DNA of 64,000 bases from assembly GCA_018394315.1 (NCBI GenBank), contig CP074575.1, positions 1,520,615-1,584,614 of the forward strand, read 5' to 3'. Position numbers and translations under genes: made by a program. The notes below the pieces were generated by a model. The model saw nothing but the letters and a program-made list of their open reading frames with translations, was not told the DNA's origin and searched no databases. The DNA comes from Mycoplasmatota bacterium (GTDB lineage Bacteria > Bacillota_I > Bacilli_A > MAG-NZ). This document shows, in pieces, positions 20,132-30,781 of the stretch (within the stretch, counting starts at the first letter, position 1; the number at the start of each line of letters is the position of its first letter).

Positions 20132-21322
20132 TTCCTTTATCTTATCATATCTTTGTTTTATCGCTCTTTCGTACTTTCCGGTTTCTTTTGGAGTGTAATA
20201 ATTAGCATCTTTTATATTACCTGGTAGATAGTTTTGCACAACATATGCTCCAGGGTAATCATGTGGATATTTATACAATTTTAAATTCTTTAAATTATTT
20301 GGAAGCATCCCTGATTTTCCACCTTCAACGTCCTTTAGAGCCTTGTCGATTGCTAAATATGTACTATTAGATTTTGGACTTAGCGCTAGATCAACTACGA
20401 TATTTCCTAATATTATTCTCGCTTCAGGTAAACCAACCATTACAGCAGCTTGAGATGCGGGGTAAATTCTTGAGCATAGTTCAGGATTAGCTAGTCCAAT
20501 ATCTTCATAGGCAATAACTAGCAGTCTTCTAATTATTGAATCAAGATCTTGAAGAATTATTAGTCTTGCTAGATAATGTAATGCTGCATCCACGTCTGAA
20601 CCACGGATAGATTTTTGTAGTCCACTTAAGATGTCGTAATAATTATCACCATCTTTATCTAAGGACAAGTTTGGAATTTGAATTATTTCTTCAGCTAATT
20701 TAAGTTTTATATTTTTATTTCCTGAAATAAGGATGGTTTCAAGTATGTTCAATGCAGTTCTTATTTCTTCATTAGAAGACTCAGCGATATATCTATATAC
20801 TTCATCATCAATTTCAACATCACTATGGTAGTGTTCTTTAGCTCTTTTTAAAGCAATAGTTATTTTATCAATCGGAAGTGGATTGAATTTCATAATATGA
20901 CACCTAGATCGAATTGCAGGATTAATTGAATGGTAAGGACTTAAGGTAGTTATACCGATCATTATGATTGTTCCATCCTCTAGATATTTAAGCAAGTAAT
21001 CTTGGATATCTCTTTTCATTCGGTGTATTTCATCTATTATTAGTATGATACTATGATAATTCTTACCAGAATCAATAATTTTTTTTAACATTGCTTTATT
21101 ATCAGTAGAAGCATTGAATTTAGCGTGTTCAAATTCATATTTTGATGCAATTATTTCTGCAACTGTTGTTTTACCAGTTCCAGGAGGACCGAAAAAAATC
21201 ATTGAAAATAGTTTATTAGATTCAATCATCTTATATATTATTCCATTTTTTCCTACTAAATGATCTTGCCCAATTACTTCATTAAATGAAGTTGGTCTGA
21301 TTTTATAAGCTAAGGGCTTCAT
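20114..21322 (-). CDS. rarA: Replication-associated recombination protein A (RarA/MgsA)
   Basis: PLAYKIRP, GPPGTGKT, IDEIHR, KSIRGSD, EDIGLA, YKYPH. Confidence 0.95.
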   Translation of the reverse strand: MKPLAYKIRPTSFNEVIGQDHLVGKNGIIYKMIESNKLFSMIFFGPPGTGKTTVAEIIASKYEFEHAKFNASTDNKAMLKKIIDSGKNYHSIILIIDEIHRMKRDIQDYLLKYLEDGTIIMIGITTLSPYHSINPAIRSRCHIMKFNPLPIDKITIALKRAKEHYHSDVEIDDEVYRYIAESSNEEIRTALNILETILISGNKNIKLKLAEEIIQIPNLSLDKDGDNYYDILSGLQKSIRGSDVDAALHYLARLIILQDLDSIIRRLLVIAYEDIGLANPELCSRIYPASQAAVMVGLPEARIILGNIVVDLALSPKSNSTYLAIDKALKDVEGGKSGMLPNNLKNLKLYKYPHDYPGAYVVQNYLPGNIKDANYYTPKETGKYERAIKQRYDKIKEIKNNK

Positions 21323-22002
21323 TAAATCACCCCACTAGATATCATAATCAAGATTGAAAATAGATTATATAAAGAATGTACTAAAATTGGCACAAGTAAA
21401 TTATTACTCTTTATGTAGCTTAATAACAAAACTGCTCCCAATATTGAGTAAATAGGTAAGTAGATAAAGTCTCCACGTACAACATGTAATAATCCAAAAA
21501 TTAGTGAACTAAGAACGATCCCAATTAATTTATTAAAGTTTTGATAGAAGAGATTATACATAACACCTCTAAATACGACTTCCTCAATGAATGGGACCAA
21601 AATTATTGTTGTGATAGTAAATATAATTGGTCCTTCTTTGTATAACTCTATTAATCCCTTTTGATTTATTGATGTATCTATGTCAAAAAATAAGTTCATA
21701 ATATATATTAAGAAATAAAATGTAAGAGTTAGAATCATAAAAAATATTACAATATATAATAAATTCTTAATCATTCTTTTTTTAAAGAATTTTACTTCTT
21801 GTTGTAGAGTCTCTTTAAGCATAACTAAAAAAGAAATCGCAATAATTAAGTATGCAGAAATATTCGATAAAATTTCAACATTGTTCTTAATTAAAATTAG
21901 GTCGAAAGATTTATAAAAGTTTATAATTATACCAGGTAAAAATGATATCCCTAAAAAATATGTTATAATAATTCTAAAGTATTGACTAAAAGATATTCTC
22001 AT
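21322..22002 (-). CDS. CPBP (CAAX/Abi) family intramembrane protease
   Basis: PFIEEVVFRG, FGLLH, HSLYN. Confidence 0.92.
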   Translation of the reverse strand: MRISFSQYFRIIITYFLGISFLPGIIINFYKSFDLILIKNNVEILSNISAYLIIAISFLVMLKETLQQEVKFFKKRMIKNLLYIVIFFMILTLTFYFLIYIMNLFFDIDTSINQKGLIELYKEGPIIFTITTIILVPFIEEVVFRGVMYNLFYQNFNKLIGIVLSSLIFGLLHVVRGDFIYLPIYSILGAVLLLSYIKSNNLLVPILVHSLYNLFSILIMISSGVI

Positions 22003-22299
22003 AAAATCACCACTAAAATCTTATCATATTATCAGTATCGATACAATAAAGTAAAAACTTATTTAGCTTTATATCAATAGATAATAAGCATAAATTTGTA
22101 CACTAAATTAGAATGATATTTCTATTTATTCTATAAAATTTTAAATATCTATATATTTGAGTTGTTAGTAAATTGGGATATTTTTAAAGATTATTACCAT
22201 TGAAAATTTGACTTTTTGTAACGTCATTGGTAATATATTATGAAAATATTAAGAAAGTAGGCAAGACTAAAATATTATATGTCTTGTAAGGGAAACGTT

Positions 22300-22950
22300 A
22301 TGGCTAAATCATTTGCAGTAATTGGATTAGGATCTTTTGGAAGAAGTGTAGCACAAGAATTAATAAAGTTAGAAGCAAACTTATTAATTATAGATAATGA
22401 TGCGGATTCTATTGCTAAGATTTCTAAGTTCGCTCCTAATGCAGTTATTTTAGATAGTACTGATGAAGAATCTTTAAAGGATGTAGGTATAAGTAGCATT
22501 GATCATGTTATTGTATGTATTGGGGTTGATGTTCAAGCCAGTATTCTTACAACGTTAATCTTAAAAGATTTAGGAGTAAAAAAAGTTACTGTTAAAGTTA
22601 AAAATGATTATCATGCAAAAGTGGTAGAAAAACTTGGTGCTGACGAAATCATTTTTCCAGAAAAACAAATGGGGAGAAGGTTCGCGCGTAGAGTGATTTC
22701 AGATAATATTCTTGATATTATGGAACTAACTGAAGATTTTAGTTATGTAGAAATAGCTGCTCCTAAGTCTTTTAAAGGAAAATCACTAAATGAGTTAGAT
22801 TTTAGGAAAAAATTTGGGTTGAACGTAGTTTCAATAAAAAGAGATGGAAAAATAATTACTCCAAAAGTAAACGAGGGATTTTTAGAAAAAGATATTTTAA
22901 TGATTGTTGGGAGCAACAAAGAGATCTCTAAATTTGATAACAGAAAATAA
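22300..22950 (+). CDS. TrkA/KtrA family potassium uptake regulatory subunit
   Basis: FAVIGLGSFG, LGADEIIFPE, RCK_C domain. Confidence 0.93.
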   Translation: MAKSFAVIGLGSFGRSVAQELIKLEANLLIIDNDADSIAKISKFAPNAVILDSTDEESLKDVGISSIDHVIVCIGVDVQASILTTLILKDLGVKKVTVKVKNDYHAKVVEKLGADEIIFPEKQMGRRFARRVISDNILDIMELTEDFSYVEIAAPKSFKGKSLNELDFRKKFGLNVVSIKRDGKIITPKVNEGFLEKDILMIVGSNKEISKFDNRK

Positions 22951-22971
22951 AGGCATTTGCCTTTTTTTGTT

Positions 22972-22998
22972 ATACTTTATTTTAAAAATCCATAAAAT
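22972..22998 (+). promoter_or_regulatory. SigE-like promoter
   Basis: ATA-N16-CATAAAAT upstream of the gerM-like gene. Confidence 0.4.
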
Positions 22999-23034
22999 TG
23001 TTATAGAAAACCGGAATTCAAGAAAGGAGTTTTT

Positions 23035-23784
23035 ATGAGAAAAATTACCACCGGAACGGTTATAATAATAGTAATAACAATTCTCTGCTTTTTATATACA
23101 AGACCTACTTATGAAGTTATTTATTATAATGAAGATATTGAGGAAAGTGTTTTATATCTTTTAGAAAATGATTTACTGGTTAAAGTACCAGTAGCAGTAA
23201 ATGACGATATTGAAGAAATCTTTGAATTAATGACAACTAAAGCAAACAATCTTCCTACCGGTGTAAGGACACCCTTACCATATAGATTAGAAATTAAAAC
23301 GTGGGAAAATGTAGATGGATCTTTATTGTTAGAACTTGAAAACTTTGATTATGATAATCTAAACCTCGTGATAGAATCACTTACTTGGACTTATCTAGAG
23401 TTAGATGACATAAATGAAATAACAGTAATCGCAAATGGTGTTATGTATGAACAAACAAAGGACTTAGGAATAAATAAAATAGTAGAAGCAAGTACTATAC
23501 TTAACAGTAAAATAGTTACTGTGTTTACTCAAAATAAATTCGTCACACCTATATCATATATAGTTGATATGAATGTAGATGAGATAGATTATATAGTAAA
23601 AAAAACATTAAAAAAAGATGTTGAAAAGATAATTGAGAACGATGACCTATTAGTATACTTAAATGAGTCGTTAGATAATGAGAATAATTTATCAAACCTA
23701 GTTCTTACTTTAAGAAACTCATTTAATTATGACAATGTTAAAATATTTTCTAATGGTGAATTACTATACTCAATTAAAATTTAA
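23035..23784 (+). CDS. Membrane-anchored GerM-like protein (divergent GerMN domain)
   Basis: LYLLENDLLVKV, IESLTWTYLELDDINEITVIANG; position directly before rph as for Bacillus gerM. Confidence 0.55.
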   Translation: MRKITTGTVIIIVITILCFLYTRPTYEVIYYNEDIEESVLYLLENDLLVKVPVAVNDDIEEIFELMTTKANNLPTGVRTPLPYRLEIKTWENVDGSLLLELENFDYDNLNLVIESLTWTYLELDDINEITVIANGVMYEQTKDLGINKIVEASTILNSKIVTVFTQNKFVTPISYIVDMNVDEIDYIVKKTLKKDVEKIIENDDLLVYLNESLDNENNLSNLVLTLRNSFNYDNVKIFSNGELLYSIKI

Positions 23785-23818
23785 TGTGTTATAATAAGTT
23801 GATTTTTTAAGAAAGGAA

Positions 23819-24544
23819 ATGAATAGGTTTTCACTTATTCTATTTATAATGATGAGTCGCAAAAAAAAGTTAAGAAAAGTAGAAATAATTAGTAATTATC
23901 TAAAGCATCCTGAAGGATCGTGTTTGATTTCAGTGGGAGAAACAAAAGTTATTTGCACCGCTACAATAGAAGAGAAAGTTCCTTTTTGGCTTAAAGGAGA
24001 AGAAAAAGGATGGATTACTGCTGAATATTCTTTGTTACCTAGAAGTACTCACTCGAGAGTACCGAGAGAAGCAGTAAGAGGAAAGCAAAGTGGTAGAACT
24101 CATGAAATCCAAAGATTGATTGGACGAGCACTTAGATCTGTCGTTGATTTGAAGGCGTTAGGGGAGAGAGTAATAACTATTGATTGTGATGTAATACAAG
24201 CAGATGGTGGAACAAGATGTGCATCAATTACTGGTGGATTTGTGGCATTAAAATTGGCTATCGAAAAATTAATCGAAAATAAGAAACTAGAAAAGTCTCC
24301 TATTAAAGAGAGTGTAGCAGCTGTTAGCGTTGGAATTGTAGATGAAATAGCTGTTTTAGACTTAGATTATGAAATGGATTCTAGAGCCGAAGTTGACATG
24401 AATATTGTTATGACTGAAAGTGGGAAATTTGTAGAAATTCAAGGAACAGGTGAAGAATATTCCTTTTCAATGGAACAACTAAATGAAATGATTAGTTTAG
24501 CAAAAGTAGGAATAGAAAAATTAATAAATGCACAAAAGAAATAG
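23819..24544 (+). CDS. rph: Ribonuclease PH (start may be 23849 or 23852)
   Basis: [35 protein letters not shown]. Confidence 0.97.
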   Translation: MNRFSLILFIMMSRKKKLRKVEIISNYLKHPEGSCLISVGETKVICTATIEEKVPFWLKGEEKGWITAEYSLLPRSTHSRVPREAVRGKQSGRTHEIQRLIGRALRSVVDLKALGERVITIDCDVIQADGGTRCASITGGFVALKLAIEKLIENKKLEKSPIKESVAAVSVGIVDEIAVLDLDYEMDSRAEVDMNIVMTESGKFVEIQGTGEEYSFSMEQLNEMISLAKVGIEKLINAQKK

Positions 24545-25103
24545 TTTATTTATTGCTACCAGAAATAAAGGTAAACTAAAAGACTTTAAAAGTCTACTTC
24601 CTAAATATCATATTAGGTCATTATTAGATACTGATATTCCGGAAATTGAAGAAACTGGGACAAACTTTCAAGAAAATTCATTAATTAAGGCGAAGACTAT
24701 TTCAAATTTACTTAATACTACCGTAATTGCTGACGATTCAGGATTAGTGTGCGAAGGATTAGATGGCGAACCTGGAGTATATTCTGCAAGATACGCAGGA
24801 ACTAATTCTGATGAAGATAATAACAAGTTGTTATTAAAAAAAATAAAAGATAAGAATCGAGATGCAGAATTTGTAGCTTGTATTTGTTTATATTTTCCTA
24901 GTGGTGATTATTATTTTTTCTTAGGGAAAGTCAAGGGAGAAATAATCGATACCCCTAAGGGTAATAATGGATTTGGTTATGACCCAATATTTTATGTGAA
25001 GGAATTTGATAAAACGTTCGGAGAATTAACTTTAAAAGAGAAGAATACTATTTCGCACCGCAAGAAAGCAATCCAAAAGTTGATTGAAAGTAGTCTGTTA
25101 TGA
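24528..25103 (+). CDS. rdgB: Non-canonical purine NTP pyrophosphatase (XTP/dITP)
   Basis: [32 protein letters not shown]. Confidence 0.95.
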   Translation: MHKRNSLFIATRNKGKLKDFKSLLPKYHIRSLLDTDIPEIEETGTNFQENSLIKAKTISNLLNTTVIADDSGLVCEGLDGEPGVYSARYAGTNSDEDNNKLLLKKIKDKNRDAEFVACICLYFPSGDYYFFLGKVKGEIIDTPKGNNGFGYDPIFYVKEFDKTFGELTLKEKNTISHRKKAIQKLIESSLL

Positions 25104-25591
25104 AAATTTTGGTTGTTAGCGACACACATGGGAGAACTAGTGATTTAATAGATATTATTGAGAAGAACAAGTTTGATAATGTAATACATTGTGGTGATTC
25201 AGAAGTAGATAAAATGATGTTTTATTTTGACATTGATATTGTAAGAGGAAATTCTCCTAGTGATGATAATTTTCCTGATGAGAAACTTATTACTCTTAAT
25301 GGGCTAAGAATATTTATTACACACGGACATAATTACAGAGTTGATTTAGGTCTCAGAAATCTTTTTCAAAAAGCTAAGACAATGAAAGCAGATATCGTGT
25401 GCTTTGGTCATACGCATGTCCCACTTATAGAAGATAAAGAAGGTATTATTTTTATAAATCCAGGATCATTAGTTCGTCCAAGGAAGAAATCCAAGCCCTC
25501 GTATATGATAATAGATTTAGAAAACAGTATAAAGATAACTCAATTTGATAAATTTAACGAGGAGGTTAGAAGATATGAGACAAGTTACTGA
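25100..25591 (+). CDS. YfcE/YsnB family metallophosphoesterase
   Basis: SDTH, HCGD, RGN, THGH, GHTH, NPGS. Confidence 0.93.
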   Translation: MKILVVSDTHGRTSDLIDIIEKNKFDNVIHCGDSEVDKMMFYFDIDIVRGNSPSDDNFPDEKLITLNGLRIFITHGHNYRVDLGLRNLFQKAKTMKADIVCFGHTHVPLIEDKEGIIFINPGSLVRPRKKSKPSYMIIDLENSIKITQFDKFNEEVRRYETSY

Positions 25592-26411
25592 TTTAATAAA
25601 ACAATTAACTAATAAGGAAGCGGCTGTAGAAAGTAGACTTATGGGTGGTATGAGTAATTCTACGTATATAGTAACAGTTGAAGGAGAAAAACATACATTC
25701 AGAATACCTGGAAAAAAGGCAGAAGTATTCGTTGATAGAATTGACGAACTGAATAATATTAAGATGATAGACGACCTTGGTATTAATAATGAAACAGTAT
25801 TTATTGATTTAGAAAAGGGATATAAATTAGCAAAATACGTTGAAGGTACGCCATTGCATGAATTAGATGATTTACATTTGTCAGAAGTAGCGGCGTTACT
25901 AAAAAAACTGCATACTAGTAAAAAAAGATTCTTAAAAGATTATTCACCTTTTGAAAGATTAGAATCATATGAATCCTTAAACAATAATCTATCTGAATCA
26001 TATTTTACTACCAAGGACTCTTTCTTGAAATATAGAGATTACTTAGAAAGCTTCCCACTATGTATGTGCCATAATGATTCCCAAAAGTCGAACATCGTTA
26101 TTGGTGACAAAAACTATTTGCTAGACTGGGAGTTTGCAGGGAACAATGATTATTATTATGATATAGCGTGTTTCGGAAATGTTGATTATGAAGATGCCCT
26201 AAAATTATTAAAAGTATATATTAATCATGAGCCTACGAACGATGAATATAACAGATTAACATTGTGGAGAGCATTCCAGTGTTTACAATGGCACAATGTT
26301 GCATTATATAAAGATAGAATAGGTTTAAGTGAAGAATTGAAAGTGCCTTTTGATCTAGTTGCAACTAAGTATTTAGAAAAAGCCAACTCTCTACTATCAT
26401 CATTAAAATAA
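25575..26411 (+). CDS. Choline/ethanolamine kinase family phosphotransferase
   Basis: GGMSN, FRIPG, CHND, LLDWEFAG; RBS GGAGG at 25561. Confidence 0.85.
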   Translation: MRQVTDLIKQLTNKEAAVESRLMGGMSNSTYIVTVEGEKHTFRIPGKKAEVFVDRIDELNNIKMIDDLGINNETVFIDLEKGYKLAKYVEGTPLHELDDLHLSEVAALLKKLHTSKKRFLKDYSPFERLESYESLNNNLSESYFTTKDSFLKYRDYLESFPLCMCHNDSQKSNIVIGDKNYLLDWEFAGNNDYYYDIACFGNVDYEDALKLLKVYINHEPTNDEYNRLTLWRAFQCLQWHNVALYKDRIGLSEELKVPFDLVATKYLEKANSLLSSLK

Positions 26412-26541
26412 GAAAATTTTAAGTATAGGTTTATCATCTTATTAGATGATTACTTATACTTTTTTATATAAGATAACGAAGAGTTAGTAACCATAGTAAA
26501 ATATTGAGTATTTTTTATGATAGAATTAAGTATAGATAGGG

Positions 26542-28323
26542 GTGGGACTAGTGGAAAGTACTATTTATCAGATTGCTAATATTTTTAAGTCTAATGATTA
26601 CCGTAAAATTATTACGGAATATAATAAGCTAATTGTTGATAGAATAGACTTTTTTGATTCAGTAATATACTTATTTAATGTAGATCATGATATTAACGAC
26701 ACATATATAAATTCGTTTAGATTTATTAAGGGTAGATTATATGAAGATATAGTAAATTTAGAGAGTTTTTCAAATTCTTTATTTGAATTAGTTTATTTAA
26801 GTAAAGAAACTCAAGAACTAGTGATGCCCTCATTATATAAATATAAAGATATATTCAAGGATATCTACTATGACAATCTTGAGTATGAACAAGTAATCGC
26901 GGTCCCATTTTTAGAAGGTGTGAAAGTAATTGGAGTATGTATTTTCAGATTTAAAGAGATAACTGAGTACGATAAAAATATTGTTGAAATGTTTGTAGAA
27001 TTATTGAATATCAAGTTATCTGCATTAAGAACTAATGAAGAAACTATACTTGAGTTAGAATCTTTAATGGATATTTTAAGTACAGAAAAAATGATCTCTT
27101 ATTATATAAAGGAAAATATAAAAATCGATTCGTTTTCTGTCACTGAAAAATCCATCATAAAAGGTAATCATTTAACTTTACAATCTTTAGAAAGAAAATC
27201 GCTTATCTTTGAATTATCAAACAAAACATATAGGCAAGTTTTCATAAGCAAAAACGTAGGCTATTTGCGCGATATTACTGAAGAAGTAAAAACCAAAAGA
27301 AATATAATTACTGATGTTTATTACGATAAAGAATCCAGATTATATAATAAAAATAAATTGCTTTTAGAGATAAAGAAAAAAGAATCATTTTCATTAATAA
27401 AAATCAATTTTAATCTAACTTACCTTCTTGATGTGAAAAAACAATTGATTGAGGTATTTAATGATAATATTATTGCATTTGTGAATAATGAAATAATTAT
27501 TTACTTGGAAGAAATTGATAAAAGAAAACTAAAAAAAATTATTAGTGAACTTGATGCGAGACTCTTTACAATTGCTACATTAGAATATAAAATAGGCTGC
27601 TTAATATTTCCTAAAGACACCAAGAATAAAGAAGATATCTTTCAAGTTCTAGATGCCATAACAAATGATAAATTTATCTTCTATGATAAAAAACAATTTA
27701 TAAAGACTAAAAATGAAAATCTTAAGAAAAGAATGATTGTTGAATCAATTAAGAGTAATAAAATATCACTTGAATTCTATCCAATTATTGGCTTTAATGA
27801 GTATGTTGCTTCTTACTATGTAAAACATAATTTCAAACTAGAAGTTTTAAAAGATAAAAGACTTGAACTAATATTACTGGAAAAGATTATGAAAAGAATA
27901 AGTTTATTAAATGAAAAATATAACTTTATTATAGATATTAGTGATGTGTTAATTAGTAATCATGATATGGTTGAGTTTATTAAAAGTTTAAGAATCCGTA
28001 AATGTCTAAAAGAAAGATTATGTTTTAAATTTGATATACATAATATAGAATTTATAGAATATCTAAGAAAGAATAATATTAAGATTGCAAGAAACAAAGG
28101 AGTAGATAAATTGTTTACTGATTGTTACGCTGATTATATGTTTGTAGAATGCGTTTATACCGAAAGATCCAATCCATTCCTAGATTTTCTTGGACAACTT
28201 GAAGGAAGGGAAATAGTAAAGTCAATCTTTATAACTAAATCGATTAATGATTACAATTACTTAAAAGAACAACAGGTTGGGTATATAATTACAGATAAGT
28301 TCTATTCTGAAAAAGAATTATAA
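26542..28323 (+). CDS. Degenerate GAF-GGDEF-EAL-like protein
   Basis: IAVPFLEGVKVIG (GAF), YYDKESRLYNK (GGDEF start), LEFYPII (EAL start); no GGDEF or EAL motifs. Confidence 0.6.
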   Translation: MGLVESTIYQIANIFKSNDYRKIITEYNKLIVDRIDFFDSVIYLFNVDHDINDTYINSFRFIKGRLYEDIVNLESFSNSLFELVYLSKETQELVMPSLYKYKDIFKDIYYDNLEYEQVIAVPFLEGVKVIGVCIFRFKEITEYDKNIVEMFVELLNIKLSALRTNEETILELESLMDILSTEKMISYYIKENIKIDSFSVTEKSIIKGNHLTLQSLERKSLIFELSNKTYRQVFISKNVGYLRDITEEVKTKRNIITDVYYDKESRLYNKNKLLLEIKKKESFSLIKINFNLTYLLDVKKQLIEVFNDNIIAFVNNEIIIYLEEIDKRKLKKIISELDARLFTIATLEYKIGCLIFPKDTKNKEDIFQVLDAITNDKFIFYDKKQFIKTKNENLKKRMIVESIKSNKISLEFYPIIGFNEYVASYYVKHNFKLEVLKDKRLELILLEKIMKRISLLNEKYNFIIDISDVLISNHDMVEFIKSLRIRKCLKERLCFKFDIHNIEFIEYLRKNNIKIARNKGVDKLFTDCYADYMFVECVYTERSNPFLDFLGQLEGREIVKSIFITKSINDYNYLKEQQVGYIITDKFYSEKEL

Positions 28324-28327
28324 TCTA

Positions 28328-28355
28328 TTGACAATTCTAACAATCTTAATATAAT
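28328..28355 (+). promoter_or_regulatory. Consensus SigA promoter
   Basis: TTGACA-N16-TATAAT. Confidence 0.7.
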
Positions 28356-28496
28356 TAAGTAGATTTATTTCTAAAGTAGCATAGAACGATATGATATTAG
28401 AAAAATCTCTTATGGTTGAGCAATTATCTTATATTATAAAGAGTTTTGTTGTATAATAAAATGTAATATAGATTATATTAACAGTTAGGAGATAGC

Positions 28497-28994
28497 ATGA
28501 AGAAAATAATATTCGCAGGTGGTTGTTTTTGGGGAGTAGAAGCATATTTTAAACAATTAATTGGTGTAATAGAGACATCAGTTGGTTATGTAGATGGAGA
28601 TTATGAAAATCCTTCATATGATGAAGTTTGTAGTGGAATGGCTACACATGCTGAAGCTGTAGAAATTTTCTACGATGATAACGTGATTTCATTAAATGAA
28701 TTATTAGAGCATTTATTTAGAATAATTGATCCTACTTCAATTAATAAACAAGGACCAGATTCTGGGCATCAGTACCGAACAGGGATCTACTTTAGAGGGT
28801 TAGATACTTTAGAGACAATTATATCTTTCATTAAGGAAGAGCAAAAAAAATATGATGATACAATTGTAGTAGAGGTTAAAGCAGAGAGTCACTTTTCTAA
28901 AGCTGAAGAGTCTCATCAAGATTATCTAACAAAAAACCCAGGCGGATATTGCCATGTTGATTTAAATTTAGCAACTGATGATGAAAAGAAATAG
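28497..28994 (+). CDS. msrA: Peptide methionine sulfoxide reductase A
   Basis: AGGCFWG, HAEAV, QYRTGIY, AEESHQDYL..NPGGYCH. Confidence 0.97.
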   Translation: MKKIIFAGGCFWGVEAYFKQLIGVIETSVGYVDGDYENPSYDEVCSGMATHAEAVEIFYDDNVISLNELLEHLFRIIDPTSINKQGPDSGHQYRTGIYFRGLDTLETIISFIKEEQKKYDDTIVVEVKAESHFSKAEESHQDYLTKNPGGYCHVDLNLATDDEKK

Positions 28995-29005
28995 AGGTGT
29001 AGAAT

Positions 29006-29236
29006 ATGAGTAAAATAATCGTAATTATATTAGTATTAGCTGGAACGATTGGCTTATATATTTTGTCATACGTATTAAATAAGAGAACACCAGTTCCTGA
29101 TGGAATAACTCCAATAGCTGATTGCGATGCTTGTAATACAACTAGTTGTACGCAACACCCTAAAAACGATAAGTCCATTAAAGAAGACATCCAAGATTTC
29201 ATTAAAGCAAATAAGAATGATGATGTTATATTATAA
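29006..29236 (+). CDS. Small single-TM protein with CxxCxxxxC motif
   Basis: RBS GAGGTG; TM helix then NKRTPVPDG..CDACNTTSC. Confidence 0.75.
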   Translation: MSKIIVIILVLAGTIGLYILSYVLNKRTPVPDGITPIADCDACNTTSCTQHPKNDKSIKEDIQDFIKANKNDDVIL

Positions 29237-29345
29237 ATCTAAAGTTTGACTTTAGATTTTTTTAATTTACTCCAAATATTGTGTTATAATTGTTATGATA
29301 AATTTGGAAAGAAAGATAGATATTAAACTATAAGAGGTATACGAT

Positions 29346-29804
29346 ATGATACTTAATTGGGATGAATATTTTATGGGAGTAGCGAATTTAAGCGCAATGA
29401 GAAGTAAGGATCCAAACACTCAAGTTGGAGCATGTATTGTTAATCTTGATAATAGAATTGTTGGTATTGGATACAATGGATTCCCATACGGCTGTAGTGA
29501 TGAAGAATTCCCATGGAATAACGGCGATGATTTCCTTGAATCTAAGTACCCATATGTAGTTCATGCTGAAGCAAATGCAATCCTAAATGCAACTACCAAT
29601 CTCATAAACTGTAAGATATATGTAAACCTTTTTCCATGTAATGAATGCGCTAAACTTATAATTCAAAGTGGTATTAAGGAGATAGTATATGTATCGGATA
29701 AATATAAAAATAAAGACATTATCGTTGCATCAAAGAGAATGTTGAATTCCGCGGGAGTGTCTTTTAGAAAAGTTAATGAAGTTAAAATAGAAGTGGTAAA
29801 ATGA
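29346..29804 (+). CDS. dCMP deaminase family protein
   Basis: WDEYFM, RSKDP, GYNG, HAE, PCNEC. Confidence 0.95.
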   Translation: MILNWDEYFMGVANLSAMRSKDPNTQVGACIVNLDNRIVGIGYNGFPYGCSDEEFPWNNGDDFLESKYPYVVHAEANAILNATTNLINCKIYVNLFPCNECAKLIIQSGIKEIVYVSDKYKNKDIIVASKRMLNSAGVSFRKVNEVKIEVVK

Positions 29805-30781
29805 AACAATATATTAAAGAACGTATATGGATAATTTTATTATTACTTCCAGTTTATCTATTAATATTCTACATTACTATCATCAGACAAGATTATGAAA
29901 TCTTAATGCCAGGAGATATTACTCCTGTTGAAGAAAAAGTGTTTATTGAAAATGGTTATGAACAAGAAGGTTCAATTAATTCTGTGTTTGTTTATTCTTT
30001 ATCTAAGTCTACAGTGTTCATGAATAAATTTGCAGAAAATCTTGTAGGTGTTGATGTTAGAGAAATGAATCCATCTTATTCTTTACTTACTCCAGACGAA
30101 ATAAGAAATAGAGGGAAAGTTTATTACGATACTGGTATGCAGTATTCAATCATTCACGCGTATAAAAGCGCAGGAAACTTGATAGAATATGATTTAGACG
30201 GTTTATTAGTTTCTTATATATTTAAGGATACAATCCAAGGAGACCTTGAAATTGGAGATAAAATAACTGCTATAAATGGTTATGAAATTGAAAAATTAGA
30301 AGATATTAGTCTAACATTCGACCTTGATGAAGTTACTTTTACTACATCCAGGGGCGATGTCATATTGAAAAGAAATGAGAATAGTAAGTTTGGATTTATA
30401 ATTAGATCAAATTTCGATATAACCAAATCTGAACCTAACTTTGAAATTGAAGAAACTAGTACAATGGGTAGTAGCGGAGGGTTATTACAGACACTTAGTC
30501 TGTTTAACCAGTTAACTGAATTTGATTATACTTATGGATTAAAAATAGCAGGTACAGGTTCAATAACTGATGCAGGTGACGTGTTGGAAATTGGAGGAGT
30601 AAGACAGAAGGTTCTTGCAGCAGATAGGAAGAATGTTGATATTTTCTTTGTTCCATCAGAAAATTACGAGGTCGCTAAGGAAGTTTGGAATAAAATAAAA
30701 ACTGATATGAAACTGGTTAAAGTAGATACATTTATCGATGCAATAAATTATTTAATAGAGTATGGTGATGAAAATGCTTAA
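29801..30781 (+). CDS. YlbL-like Lon (S16) protease with PDZ domain
   Basis: N-terminal TM, PDZ (GDKITAING), GSSGG, IAGTG, IGGVRQK. Confidence 0.88.
   Translation: MKQYIKERIWIILLLLPVYLLIFYITIIRQDYEILMPGDITPVEEKVFIENGYEQEGSINSVFVYSLSKSTVFMNKFAENLVGVDVREMNPSYSLLTPDEIRNRGKVYYDTGMQYSIIHAYKSAGNLIEYDLDGLLVSYIFKDTIQGDLEIGDKITAINGYEIEKLEDISLTFDLDEVTFTTSRGDVILKRNENSKFGFIIRSNFDITKSEPNFEIEETSTMGSSGGLLQTLSLFNQLTEFDYTYGLKIAGTGSITDAGDVLEIGGVRQKVLAADRKNVDIFFVPSENYEVAKEVWNKIKTDMKLVKVDTFIDAINYLIEYGDENA

Noticed and set aside
22003..22299. c-di-AMP (ydaO) riboswitch before ktrA
   Set aside because: No conserved ydaO core motifs visible
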